NCBI GenBank assembly: GCA_964637515.1
Contig: CAZWUI010000003.1
Coordinates: forward strand, 46,087 to 110,086
Direction: 5' to 3'
Length of the DNA: 64,000 bases
Origin: an uncultured Bacteroidaceae bacterium
GTDB taxonomy: Bacteria > Bacillota > Clostridia > Christensenellales > CAG-917
Positions 19,028 to 27,453 of the stretch are shown here, piece by piece. Each line of letters opens with the position of its first letter. Within the stretch, counting starts at the first letter, position 1. The position numbers and the translations under genes were made by a program. The notes under the pieces are model-generated. The model searched no databases. It saw nothing but the letters and a program-made list of their open reading frames with translations, and was not told the DNA's origin.

Positions 19028-21127
19028 TTAAGATTTCTTACGGTCGGGCTTGTAGTTCAACACTCTCAATGCATTTAGCACAGCAAGGCAGGAGAGTCCT
19101 ACGTCCGCAAACACCGCCCAAGCAAGTCCCGTCACGCCAAGAAGACCAAGCACGACGAACACGATTTTGACGGCAAAGGTTGCAAAGACGTTTTCGGCAA
19201 CCGTGATTTTGGTGCGTTTTGAAATTTTCATTAGGGTGACGAGAGATTTCGGATCGTCGTTCATGAACACGACGTCTGCGGTGTCCACGGTTGCGGAACT
19301 GCCGCCAAGTCCCATTGCGATGCCGACGTCCGCACGGTTTAGCACGGGCGCATCGTTTATGCCGTCTCCGACGTACGCCACGACGTCCGATTTTTTCGCC
19401 TTATTTCCGATGAGTTTTTCCATTTCGTCAAACTTGTTTTTTGGGAGCAAGCCTGCTTTGAACTCATCGACACCAATAGCGTTTGCAACTTTTTCGGCGG
19501 ATTTCACGTTGTCCCCGGTGAGCATTTCGGTGCGCACTCCCTTTTGTTTGAGATAGGCAATAGCGTCGATTGCGCCGTCTTTGATTTTGTCTTCAAGGTG
19601 CAATACCGCAAGAATTTCTCCATCTTGTGCGATCGCAACCGAAGTGCCGTCTTGTCCGTCCCGTTTGCCGACTTCGATGAGTTTTCCGTCTGCGATATAC
19701 TCAACGCCTTTCCCTGCGATTTCTCTGACGTTCGAGATTTTCAACGGATTTTCAAGCCATCCGTCCACCATAGGAGATACGTAGTTTACGATTGCTTTCG
19801 CAATTGGGTGGGATGAGTTGCGCTCGGCAAAGTATGCGTATTTCAAAGCATCGTCAAGGTCACCTTGTTTTAAGTCAACTTTCACGACGTCGAAGTTGCC
19901 TGTGGTCAGGGTGCCCGTCTTGTCAAACGCTACGGTTTTGACAGAGCCGATGCAGTCGAGATAATTCGTGCCTTTCACGAGTATGCCGTTTTTGGATGCG
20001 TTGCCGATGCCCGAAAAGTAGGAGAGCGGTACGGAGATTGCAACGGCGCAGGGGCAGGACACGACGAGAAACATCATCGCTTTGTAGATTGCGTTTTCGA
20101 CACCGTAACCCGACAAACCGAATGCAAGCCCGACGACGACCGCGCATACGATGACGGCGGGGACGAAGTATTTCGTGACCCTTGCAACGATAGTTTCGCT
20201 CTTTGCTTTTCTTTCGGAAGCGGTTTCGAGAAGGTTAAGAATTTTGGTTATCGTGCTATCGCTATCCGTGCTTGTTGTGCGCACGGCAAGCACACCGTCG
20301 ATACTGACCGCACCCGAGGTGATTTCACCGCCTTCTGTGATTTCGACGGGTAGGCTTTCACCGGTCAGTGATGATAGGTCAAGAGAGCCGTGACCTTCTT
20401 CGACGACTCCGTCAAGGGGTACGATTTCACCCGCTTTGACGAGAATGAGAGAACCGACCTTGACGTCTTCGATGGGTGTTTCGACAAGGTTTTCGCCGTC
20501 TTTGACAAGAACCGTTTCGGGCTTGACCATCATAAGACTTTTCACACTATTACGGGTTTTATCCACCGCTTTTGACTCGAAGAACTTGCCGATTTGATTT
20601 AATACGATTATCATAAGTCCTTCAAAACCTTCGCCAATTGCGATTGCGCAAATGCTTGAAATGCTCATCAAGAGGTTTTCGTCAACGGTGTGTGAGCGCA
20701 CGAGTTTCGTTATTGCGATGACGAGAGTTTTTGACACGAGCATTGCCCCGCCTATGCAGATAAAAACGAAAGACAGGACGGGCGAGGGGAAGTTTCCCTC
20801 AACGTGGTTGGGCAGAAAATCGAGAAGTACGCCGACCGCGCCAAAGACTAAACCAATGATGAACAAGGGAAGATACCAGTCTACGGTTTTCTTTTTTTCC
20901 ACAGTGGATTTCACTCCGACAATGGTGCATTCCGGCTCGACAGAACGCGCGATTTCGTTGAGTTCAGAAAGAAAATCATCGGTGCGATTTGTTGTTATCA
21001 CGACCTTTTCGGTGTTGAAATTGACGGTCGCACTCTCAATCCAATCGACACTGTTCAGTTTTTCCTCGACTTCTTTCGCGCAAACCGCACAGTCAAGGTC
21101 TTTGATTGTAAAAGAATATCTTTCCAT
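19028..21127 (-). CDS. cadA: heavy-metal (Cd/Zn/Co-type) translocating P1B-ATPase
   Basis: N-terminal HMA domain with CAVC, TM CPC motif (SCPCAVAIS), DKTGTLT and GDGINDAP. ATG 21127 follows GGAGTG. Confidence 0.85.
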   Translation of the reverse strand: MERYSFTIKDLDCAVCAKEVEEKLNSVDWIESATVNFNTEKVVITTNRTDDFLSELNEIARSVEPECTIVGVKSTVEKKKTVDWYLPLFIIGLVFGAVGVLLDFLPNHVEGNFPSPVLSFVFICIGGAMLVSKTLVIAITKLVRSHTVDENLLMSISSICAIAIGEGFEGLMIIVLNQIGKFFESKAVDKTRNSVKSLMMVKPETVLVKDGENLVETPIEDVKVGSLILVKAGEIVPLDGVVEEGHGSLDLSSLTGESLPVEITEGGEITSGAVSIDGVLAVRTTSTDSDSTITKILNLLETASERKAKSETIVARVTKYFVPAVIVCAVVVGLAFGLSGYGVENAIYKAMMFLVVSCPCAVAISVPLSYFSGIGNASKNGILVKGTNYLDCIGSVKTVAFDKTGTLTTGNFDVVKVDLKQGDLDDALKYAYFAERNSSHPIAKAIVNYVSPMVDGWLENPLKISNVREIAGKGVEYIADGKLIEVGKRDGQDGTSVAIAQDGEILAVLHLEDKIKDGAIDAIAYLKQKGVRTEMLTGDNVKSAEKVANAIGVDEFKAGLLPKNKFDEMEKLIGNKAKKSDVVAYVGDGINDAPVLNRADVGIAMGLGGSSATVDTADVVFMNDDPKSLVTLMKISKRTKITVAENVFATFAVKIVFVVLGLLGVTGLAWAVFADVGLSCLAVLNALRVLNYKPDRKKS

Positions 21128-21129
21128 AG

Positions 21130-21468
21130 TCACTCCGTAACGTGTTCAAGAGTCATAACGATGAGTTTTTCGACATGCTCGTCGGACAGAGAATAGTAGA
21201 CGATTTTTCCGTCTCGTCTTGTATGCACGACGTCCGCTTTGCGAAGTACGGACATTTGATGGGATACGGCGGAATGCTCCATACCTATAAGACTTGCGAT
21301 ATCGCAAACGCACAATTCGCTGTTGAGAAGAGCGGTTGCGATTTTAAGTCTTGTGGGGTCTGCAAGGACTTTCAAGAATGCGGACATTTTGATCAAAATC
21401 TCTTCGTCGGGCATTTTGGTTTTGACGGAAGTTACGACTTCGGGGTGCTTTGTGCAAACGTGTGCCAT
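21130..21468 (-). CDS. cadC: ArsR/SmtB-family metalloregulator (CadC-like)
   Basis: ELCVCDI metal-site motif plus a wHTH (HSAVSHQMSVLRKA). Lies immediately upstream of the ATPase. RBS AAGGAG. Confidence 0.8.
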   Translation of the reverse strand: MAHVCTKHPEVVTSVKTKMPDEEILIKMSAFLKVLADPTRLKIATALLNSELCVCDIASLIGMEHSAVSHQMSVLRKADVVHTRRDGKIVYYSLSDEHVEKLIVMTLEHVTE

Positions 21469-21556
21469 ATTATCTCCTTTCGGTGCGACGCACGATAGCG
21501 TATCCTTTACGCTATATATTTTGTGTCGCTACCGAGTGTTATTTTGTTTTATATTA

Positions 21557-21620
21557 CATATGAACGGACATTCATATGAAACATCATTCATATATTATTA
21601 CCGCATTTCAGATTTGTCAA
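21557..21620 (-). promoter_or_regulatory. cadC-cadA promoter with two overlapping inverted-repeat operators
   Basis: Minus strand: ttgaca (21620-21615), 17-nt spacer, taatat (21597-21592). catatgaa-N6-ttcatatg occupies 21557-21578 and catatgaa-N6-ttcatata occupies 21573-21594; the two share the central arm. Confidence 0.65.
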
Positions 21621-21785
21621 CGGTTTTGGAAAAAAATTCAAAAAATTTTAAGATAGGGTGGGTAGTGTTAGTTTTTTTGCGACTATCTTGGTGAAAAATT
21701 TGACGAATGCAAGGCGGTATCGTCAAAATGTGGATTTTAAGTTGATAAAAAAGATAAAGAATTTGTTGTGAAAACTGCAACAAAA

Positions 21786-21810
21786 ATCCCCCTTGTAGAG
21801 AAAGGGGGAT
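21786..21810 (-). terminator. intrinsic terminator of the first MacB-type ABC gene
   Basis: atccccctt-N7-aagggggat followed on the minus strand by tttttg. Confidence 0.6.
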
Positions 21811-21833
21811 AATCGTTTTTTTGAAAACGGTAA

Positions 21834-24734
21834 TCAGTTTCCGCTGCGCAGGGCGATGACGGGGTCTTTCTTCGACGCTATAATCGCAGGAATAAAGCCT
21901 GCTATCAAGTTCAGTACGATTGCAAGGACGACGAGAAACACGGCGTGTAGCGGGTTGAGTTGCGCAAGGTTGGACGGCGCTTGTGCGGCAAGGGTGGATA
22001 GCCAGTGATTGAGCGGTATCGTGATGAGATAGGCGATAAGCACGCCGAGCACGCCCGATATTGCACCAACTATCGTCGTTTCCGCATTGAACACGTTGGC
22101 GACGTCAATTTTCCTTGCGCCGATACTGCGTAGCACACCGATTTCGACGGTGCGTTCAAGGACGGATATGTAGGTGATGATAGCAATCATTATGCTCGAC
22201 ACGACAAGGGATATTGCCGCAAACGCTATAAGCACGTATGACACGAGTTTTACAACGAGAGATACCACTTCGGATATAGTGCTTGCAAGGTCGGTGTATT
22301 CCACGGTTTCGGTGGAGGACTTGCCATCGTTCCAAGCGTCGAGATAGCGGAGCACTTCGTCTTTCGCATCGAAGGACGCGGGGTAGATATAGATTGCAGT
22401 CGGTCTATCCGATGCGCCGATTTCTTGCAATGCGGTTTGGTAGGCACTGTTGAGAAGTTCGAGAATGACTTCCGCATCGATATCAATGCCTTCTTGCGAG
22501 AGTCTAGACGAGATCAAAGATGACATCAAAACTTTCAACGCACCGATTGAAACGCCGTTGTTTTCGAGCACTTGGGTAATTTCGTTGACTCTCGTGCAGT
22601 CCTTAATTTGTTGGACGATAGACGAACTTTCGCCGAGATAGGATTCGAGTCCTTGTTTGAGGGTGGACACGAGCACGCTTTCGCTCATACCGTAGGATGA
22701 GAACAAGGAAATCACTCCCGACATATCGCTATTGAATGAACTGCCCGTGAGAAGATTGGTATCTTTGTCCGCGATTTGCGCTCCGGCGACGTCCGAATCC
22801 GCAGCGTTAGCAAGTGCGAGAGCGGTGAGATTCTCGGTGTATGCGATGCCCTGTTGCATGAAGGGATACATCACGTTTTCTTTGATACGGAGAATGCCTA
22901 CGACCGTCAGGGTTTCGGATTTGTCGCTATCCCAAGCGGATTGGTAGTCGTTTTTGGGCATGTAGTAGGTTTTGCCGTCCACGTCCACGGGGGTGTAGTA
23001 GTCGTCGTTATGCACGACTTTGAACTGTTTTCCGATGAACGTATCGAAAGGCATAGGACTATAGGTGTTTGTATCGGGATCGAAGAATGCGCCTACGTCG
23101 AAGCCCATACTTTCGAGAATATCCGTTTCGATCATGTTGAAAGAGTTGACGACGATAAGCACTTGTCTTGCCTTTTTGCCGTCCGTATCGTAGGTTGCGG
23201 AGTCGGCGTCGTAGGTGGATTGAATGGAATCCGCTTCGCTACTTCCGGGATAACCGCCCGCAAGCACGTCGTATTGCGCTTTCATAAAGTCGTCCCAGAG
23301 CAATTCCTGCCAACCGGTGTGGCGGTTGTTGAGTTTGATCGCCTGACCGCTTGCATTTTTGCCGATGACGTTGATTTTCATCGAGTGGACATACTGAACC
23401 GAGCTCAACAACGACTTATCCATTGCTTTCACGTAGTCCACGTATTCGTCGGTGATGATATTCGCACTGACGGACACACCGCCCATAGTCCTTTCGGGCT
23501 CGTAGGGGATGACGTAGTCGACGTCGGGGAATGCGCCGTCGGAATTTCCACTGTTCATAGTTTCGTTCATCACGTCGTTGACGTTCACTTTGATACCCAC
23601 GCTTGCGACGGTGACGGGCATAATGGACAGTGTGGAGCGTTCGAGGTCGTTCATATAGAGGGTGAAACCGTTGGACAAACTCAACACGAGAGCGATACCG
23701 ATGATGCCGATAGAGCCTGCAAAAGCGGTGAGTCCGGTGCGCATTTTTTTCGTCCAAAGGTTTCTTGCAGACAGGGAAAGTGCGGTGAAGAAGTTCATCG
23801 AGCTATGTTGACGGACTTTTTTCGGTCTATGCCTGAAACGAGTGAGTTGTTCGGGTTTTTCGGGTGTGATTTGTGCGATGAATTTCTCGTCCGTATCGTT
23901 ATCCGTTTTGGTTTCGACGGGGACTTCTTCGACGATTTCTTCTTTCTTTTTCTTTTTGCGGTTTTGTTTGGATTTTTGTTTTTTGGGGACGGAATCGCTT
24001 GCCTTATCGCCGTCGTCGCCTATAGGTTTGACCTGTTCGAGCACGGTGGGAAGTCCGTCGTATGGATTCGTGTCGCTGACGATAAGTCCGTCTTTCAGGG
24101 ACACGGTGCGGGTTGCGTAACGGGAAGCGAGTTCGGGATTGTGCGTGACCATGATGACGAGTCTGTCGTCAGAAATCTCTTGCAACAAATCCATAATTTG
24201 TTCGCTTGTTTCGCTGTCGAGTGCGCCGGTCGGCTCGTCGGCGAGGATAATATCGGGGTTGTTGACGATTGCTCTTGCGATAGCGACTCTCTGCATTTGT
24301 CCGCCGGACATTTGAGAAGGTTTCTTTTTGAGTTCACTGCCGAGACCGACTCTGATTAGCGCATCGGTTGCGAGTTCGCGTTTTTTGGACGAGCTAACGC
24401 CCGAAATCGTCAAAGCGAGTTCGACGTTTTGAAGAACGTTGAGGTGGGGGATCAGGTTGTAGGACTGAAAAATGAAACCGATAGTGCGGTTGCGGTATTT
24501 ATCCCAATCACGACTGGTATATTCTTTCGTGGACTTGCCTTCAATCATCAAGTCGCCGTCCGAATACCTATCCAGACCGCCGATGATATTGAGCATAGTA
24601 GTTTTTCCGCACCCGGACGGACCGAGAACGGCTACAAATTCGCTTTTGCGAAAGTTAAGACTGATACCCTTCAATGCGTGGACGGTGTAATCAGCCATTT
24701 TGTAATCTTTGACGATATTGCAGAGTTTTAGCAT
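21834..24734 (-). CDS. fused ABC ATPase / MacB-FtsX-type permease (966 aa)
   Basis: N-terminal ATPase ([33 protein letters not shown]), a K/E-rich linker, a large extracytoplasmic domain and a C-terminal FtsX-type TM bundle. Paralog of 32614-35397. Confidence 0.85.
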   Translation of the reverse strand: MLKLCNIVKDYKMADYTVHALKGISLNFRKSEFVAVLGPSGCGKTTMLNIIGGLDRYSDGDLMIEGKSTKEYTSRDWDKYRNRTIGFIFQSYNLIPHLNVLQNVELALTISGVSSSKKRELATDALIRVGLGSELKKKPSQMSGGQMQRVAIARAIVNNPDIILADEPTGALDSETSEQIMDLLQEISDDRLVIMVTHNPELASRYATRTVSLKDGLIVSDTNPYDGLPTVLEQVKPIGDDGDKASDSVPKKQKSKQNRKKKKKEEIVEEVPVETKTDNDTDEKFIAQITPEKPEQLTRFRHRPKKVRQHSSMNFFTALSLSARNLWTKKMRTGLTAFAGSIGIIGIALVLSLSNGFTLYMNDLERSTLSIMPVTVASVGIKVNVNDVMNETMNSGNSDGAFPDVDYVIPYEPERTMGGVSVSANIITDEYVDYVKAMDKSLLSSVQYVHSMKINVIGKNASGQAIKLNNRHTGWQELLWDDFMKAQYDVLAGGYPGSSEADSIQSTYDADSATYDTDGKKARQVLIVVNSFNMIETDILESMGFDVGAFFDPDTNTYSPMPFDTFIGKQFKVVHNDDYYTPVDVDGKTYYMPKNDYQSAWDSDKSETLTVVGILRIKENVMYPFMQQGIAYTENLTALALANAADSDVAGAQIADKDTNLLTGSSFNSDMSGVISLFSSYGMSESVLVSTLKQGLESYLGESSSIVQQIKDCTRVNEITQVLENNGVSIGALKVLMSSLISSRLSQEGIDIDAEVILELLNSAYQTALQEIGASDRPTAIYIYPASFDAKDEVLRYLDAWNDGKSSTETVEYTDLASTISEVVSLVVKLVSYVLIAFAAISLVVSSIMIAIITYISVLERTVEIGVLRSIGARKIDVANVFNAETTIVGAISGVLGVLIAYLITIPLNHWLSTLAAQAPSNLAQLNPLHAVFLVVLAIVLNLIAGFIPAIIASKKDPVIALRSGN

Positions 24735-24782
24735 AGTCTTATGAGATTAGAGTGTAAGAGCGGAGATTGATACGGGATAAAT

Positions 24783-24811
24783 ATTATATGTGCGCGCACA
24801 TACATTGTCAA
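24783..24811 (-). promoter_or_regulatory. consensus promoter of the MacB-type ABC gene carrying a 16-nt perfect palindrome
   Basis: Minus strand: ttgaca, 17-nt spacer, tataat. The palindrome tatgtgcgcgcacata spans 24787-24802 across the spacer and -10. Confidence 0.6.
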
Positions 24812-24862
24812 TATAGAATGGTAAAATCCTATCATTAAAAAGCCGTTAAAGAGAGAAAAAAT

Positions 24863-24887
24863 CACCGCCTTTTTCGGCGGTGTTTTT
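24863..24887 (-). terminator. intrinsic (bidirectional) terminator
   Basis: caccgcc-tttttc-ggcggtg flanked by an A-run and a T-run, directly after the stop at 24888. Confidence 0.7.
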
Positions 24888-25358
24888 CTAATACGGATAG
24901 TTTTTCTTTTCTTCCATTTGTTTGTCCCAATCGGGTTTCTCTTCCCCTGTGACGAGTGCGCCAAGGGCATTTGCTCCGCTTTCGGGGTAGAAGTCGTAGT
25001 AGGTTTCGAGTCCTTGATTTCTGCGCTCGATATGCTTTTTGGAGTTGCACCAAATAATTGACGGCAGCCCTATGACGAGAAGATAAAACGGGCCGAGAAT
25101 TAGCGATTGAATGGTGTGTCCGTATTCGTGCACTCTTGCGTACTTCGTCCAAATAGGCGGTCTGTTGCTGTTGACGAGAGTGAACATGCCAAGGGATATA
25201 CCGCCCCAATTTCCGTTGTGGTAGGTGATGATTGCGCCGTGATAAAACTCCCTTTTCACCTTGCCTTGAGCAAGAGAATAGACGAGTCCGATGAGAGTTT
25301 GCGGAAGCCCCCACGTCCATTGAATAAGCCAGTAGATAGGGTAGAGAAGTTTCTTCAT
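24888..25358 (-). CDS. small membrane protein with HExxH motif (putative metallopeptidase-like)
   Basis: ATG 25358 follows AAGGAG. Two or three TM segments and a HEYGH motif. The track start 25553 overlaps tcdA. Confidence 0.5.
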   Translation of the reverse strand: MKKLLYPIYWLIQWTWGLPQTLIGLVYSLAQGKVKREFYHGAIITYHNGNWGGISLGMFTLVNSNRPPIWTKYARVHEYGHTIQSLILGPFYLLVIGLPSIIWCNSKKHIERRNQGLETYYDFYPESGANALGALVTGEEKPDWDKQMEEKKNYPY

Positions 25359-26047
25359 TTGAGTATCTCCTTGATCGCAAATTCCGCGAGCATAAGTCCC
25401 GAGATCGGCGGGACGAAAGATATGCTTGCAGGTGCGTGTCTGCCGTTTTCGGTGAGGACGCTCGTCCTTGGTTCTTCGGTCGAATAGACGACGGGAAGGC
25501 TTGATACGCCCCTTGATTTCAACTCTTTGCGCAGGACTTTTGCAAGGGGGCATACCGAAGTTTTGAAAAGGTCAACTTGCTCAAAACGAGTGTTTAACTT
25601 GTTGCCTGTGCCCATTGAACTCACGATTGTGACGCTTTGCGCTTTTGCACGTACGATGAGTTCTATCTTGGCGGTGACCGTGTCGATAGCATCTATCACG
25701 ACGTCGTAATCGTCGAGCGCAATACGGTCCGCTGTTTCGGGAAGGTAGAAAAAATCGTAGACGTCCACCTTGCAATTCGGGTTTATCGAGAGAATGCGTT
25801 CTCTTGCAACTTCCGCCTTTTTTCTGCCTATTGTTGCGGTGGTCGCAAGGATTTGACGGTTGAGATTGCTCTCGTGAATATCGTCGTTGTCAAGCACCCC
25901 TATGCGCCCGACGCCCGCTCTTGCGAGTGCTTCGATAGCATATCCGCCCACACCGCCCGCACCGCAGACGAGAACGGCGGACGACGAGAGTTTTTGCACT
26001 CCGTCCGCACCTATCAATAATTCAGTCCTTGAAAAAGCGTTTTCCAT
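25355..26047 (-). CDS. tcdA: tRNA threonylcarbamoyladenosine dehydratase (ThiF/MoeB family)
   Basis: Rossmann motif GAGGVGG, NLNRQ, and a family-typical length of 230 aa from ATG 26047. The upstream extension in the track is low-complexity and overlaps the next gene. Confidence 0.8.
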   Translation of the reverse strand: MENAFSRTELLIGADGVQKLSSSAVLVCGAGGVGGYAIEALARAGVGRIGVLDNDDIHESNLNRQILATTATIGRKKAEVARERILSINPNCKVDVYDFFYLPETADRIALDDYDVVIDAIDTVTAKIELIVRAKAQSVTIVSSMGTGNKLNTRFEQVDLFKTSVCPLAKVLRKELKSRGVSSLPVVYSTEEPRTSVLTENGRHAPASISFVPPISGLMLAEFAIKEILK

Positions 26048-26048
26048 A

Positions 26049-27392
26049 TTATTCTGCTTTCTTCCACTTTCTGTCCGTACCGCGTTTGACGTTGCCGTCG
26101 TATTTTGCATTTGCTTCGATTTCCGCCGCGACTGCGTCGTAGTCAATATAGTAGTCGTCGTAGTAGTTGGGGATGACGTCGCGTGCAAACGTCTGGGACA
26201 CCGTGAAGTTTCCGTCCGTGGAAATCGTGATAGTCGTGCCCCCTCTGTCGTCGCCGTAGTTGTCAACGAGCTCAAAACTGATACCTTTCCAGTCAGACAT
26301 CGTTAAACCGTTGTCATCGTGCGTCGTGCGATAGTTGTGTGCGACTCCCGAATGCTGTCCGAAAGTCAGGCGAATGCCTTGATAATCCACCGAGAAATCG
26401 TTGTCGTGGTGGTGGCACATGAAGATAGCGGTCGTGCTTCCGAGTGCTTTCGCAACGCTGAAAATCTGTTCGTCTTCTGGCATATCGCCGTAGTTTGACG
26501 TGTAGTTTCCTTGAAGTCTATAGCCGTAATGGTAGTTTTCAGTGGGGTTACCTTTGTTCCAAGCCTCGTCCCAAGCGGTCTTAAATTCGGGAATGCCTAC
26601 GTGGTTGAAAATCATGGATTTCACGACGTCCGTCCTATCCTTGCCGAGAGCAACGTCGGACAAGGAGTTCACCGTGTCGCGATACCACCTGACTTGCTCT
26701 GCGGTGGGAGTTCTTGAATAGGTTTTGTTTTCTTCGTCGTAAACGCAGTCGAACAAGCACAGCGTGTAGGCAAGGGATTCGTCTTGTCTGCGCACGTTGA
26801 TGAAGTAGTTTCCGTCGCCGTCCGCGCAGTTTTCGTCGGAGTTTATCATGCAGTATTCAAACTCCGCCATATATTCGACCATAGCTGCTTTTGTGATTTG
26901 TTTGTATTCGTCGTCTATGGTAGCGTCTTCGTCCGCATATTGTCCGTCGCAATCGTGATTGCCGAAAGTGAACGCCCACGGCATTTTGATTTCGTCGAAA
27001 AGTTCACCGTAACGAGTGAAAAGGGGAACTTGAGAAGGGTTGAATCCGAGAAAACCGTCCGCCATGACGAGATCCCCGTTGATGATGACGAAGTCGGGAT
27101 TCGCAGACGAAACAAGGTCTTTGATGAAATCAAAAGTCGCATCGTTTCCGAGACTGCCGACAGCGGTATACTTTTGAGTTGTGTCAACTTGCGGGTCTGA
27201 GAGAAGAAGGATATTTATATCCCTATCCGACGGGATATAGACGGTTGCGTAACCGTCTGCGCTTTCGTCCGCTTTGACAAAGGTTTTGTCGGGTTGCGGA
27301 GCGGGTTCGTTGCAAGCAACGAAAACCACGGACAGTGAAAGTACGATTGCAAGAGTGAGCAACACGCCCACGAATTTTTTAAGGTTTGACAT
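26049..27392 (-). CDS. metallophosphoesterase lipoprotein (calcineurin-like)
   Basis: Signal peptide with lipobox (LSLSVVFVAC). Motifs INGDLVMADG, GNHD and HHHDND. ATG 27392 follows GAGGTG. Confidence 0.75.
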   Translation of the reverse strand: MSNLKKFVGVLLTLAIVLSLSVVFVACNEPAPQPDKTFVKADESADGYATVYIPSDRDINILLLSDPQVDTTQKYTAVGSLGNDATFDFIKDLVSSANPDFVIINGDLVMADGFLGFNPSQVPLFTRYGELFDEIKMPWAFTFGNHDCDGQYADEDATIDDEYKQITKAAMVEYMAEFEYCMINSDENCADGDGNYFINVRRQDESLAYTLCLFDCVYDEENKTYSRTPTAEQVRWYRDTVNSLSDVALGKDRTDVVKSMIFNHVGIPEFKTAWDEAWNKGNPTENYHYGYRLQGNYTSNYGDMPEDEQIFSVAKALGSTTAIFMCHHHDNDFSVDYQGIRLTFGQHSGVAHNYRTTHDDNGLTMSDWKGISFELVDNYGDDRGGTTITISTDGNFTVSQTFARDVIPNYYDDYYIDYDAVAAEIEANAKYDGNVKRGTDRKWKKAE

Positions 27393-27412
27393 AATCACCT
27401 CAAATATGCAAA

Positions 27413-27440
27413 AATCGGCGGAGATTTTTCTCCGCCGATT
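27413..27440 (-). terminator. intrinsic terminator of the GPH transporter gene
   Basis: Perfect 12-bp stem aatcggcggaga-tttt-tctccgccgatt, followed by a T-run on the minus strand. Confidence 0.75.
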
Positions 27441-27453
27441 TAAGCCAAGAATA

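Noticed and set aside
24862-25380. 172-aa Arg-rich ORF and the 80-aa ORF 24728-24970.
   Set aside because: They are out-of-frame overlaps of the HExxH gene and its terminator and promoter region. Their composition is typical of frame-shifted translation, and there is no RBS.
26048-26275. Upstream extensions of tcdA (to 26275), of the metallophosphoesterase (to 27605) and of the HExxH protein (to 25553).
   Set aside because: The extensions are low-complexity, overlap the 3' ends of upstream genes and lack RBSs. Internal ATGs with GGAG-type RBSs give family-typical N-termini or signal peptides.
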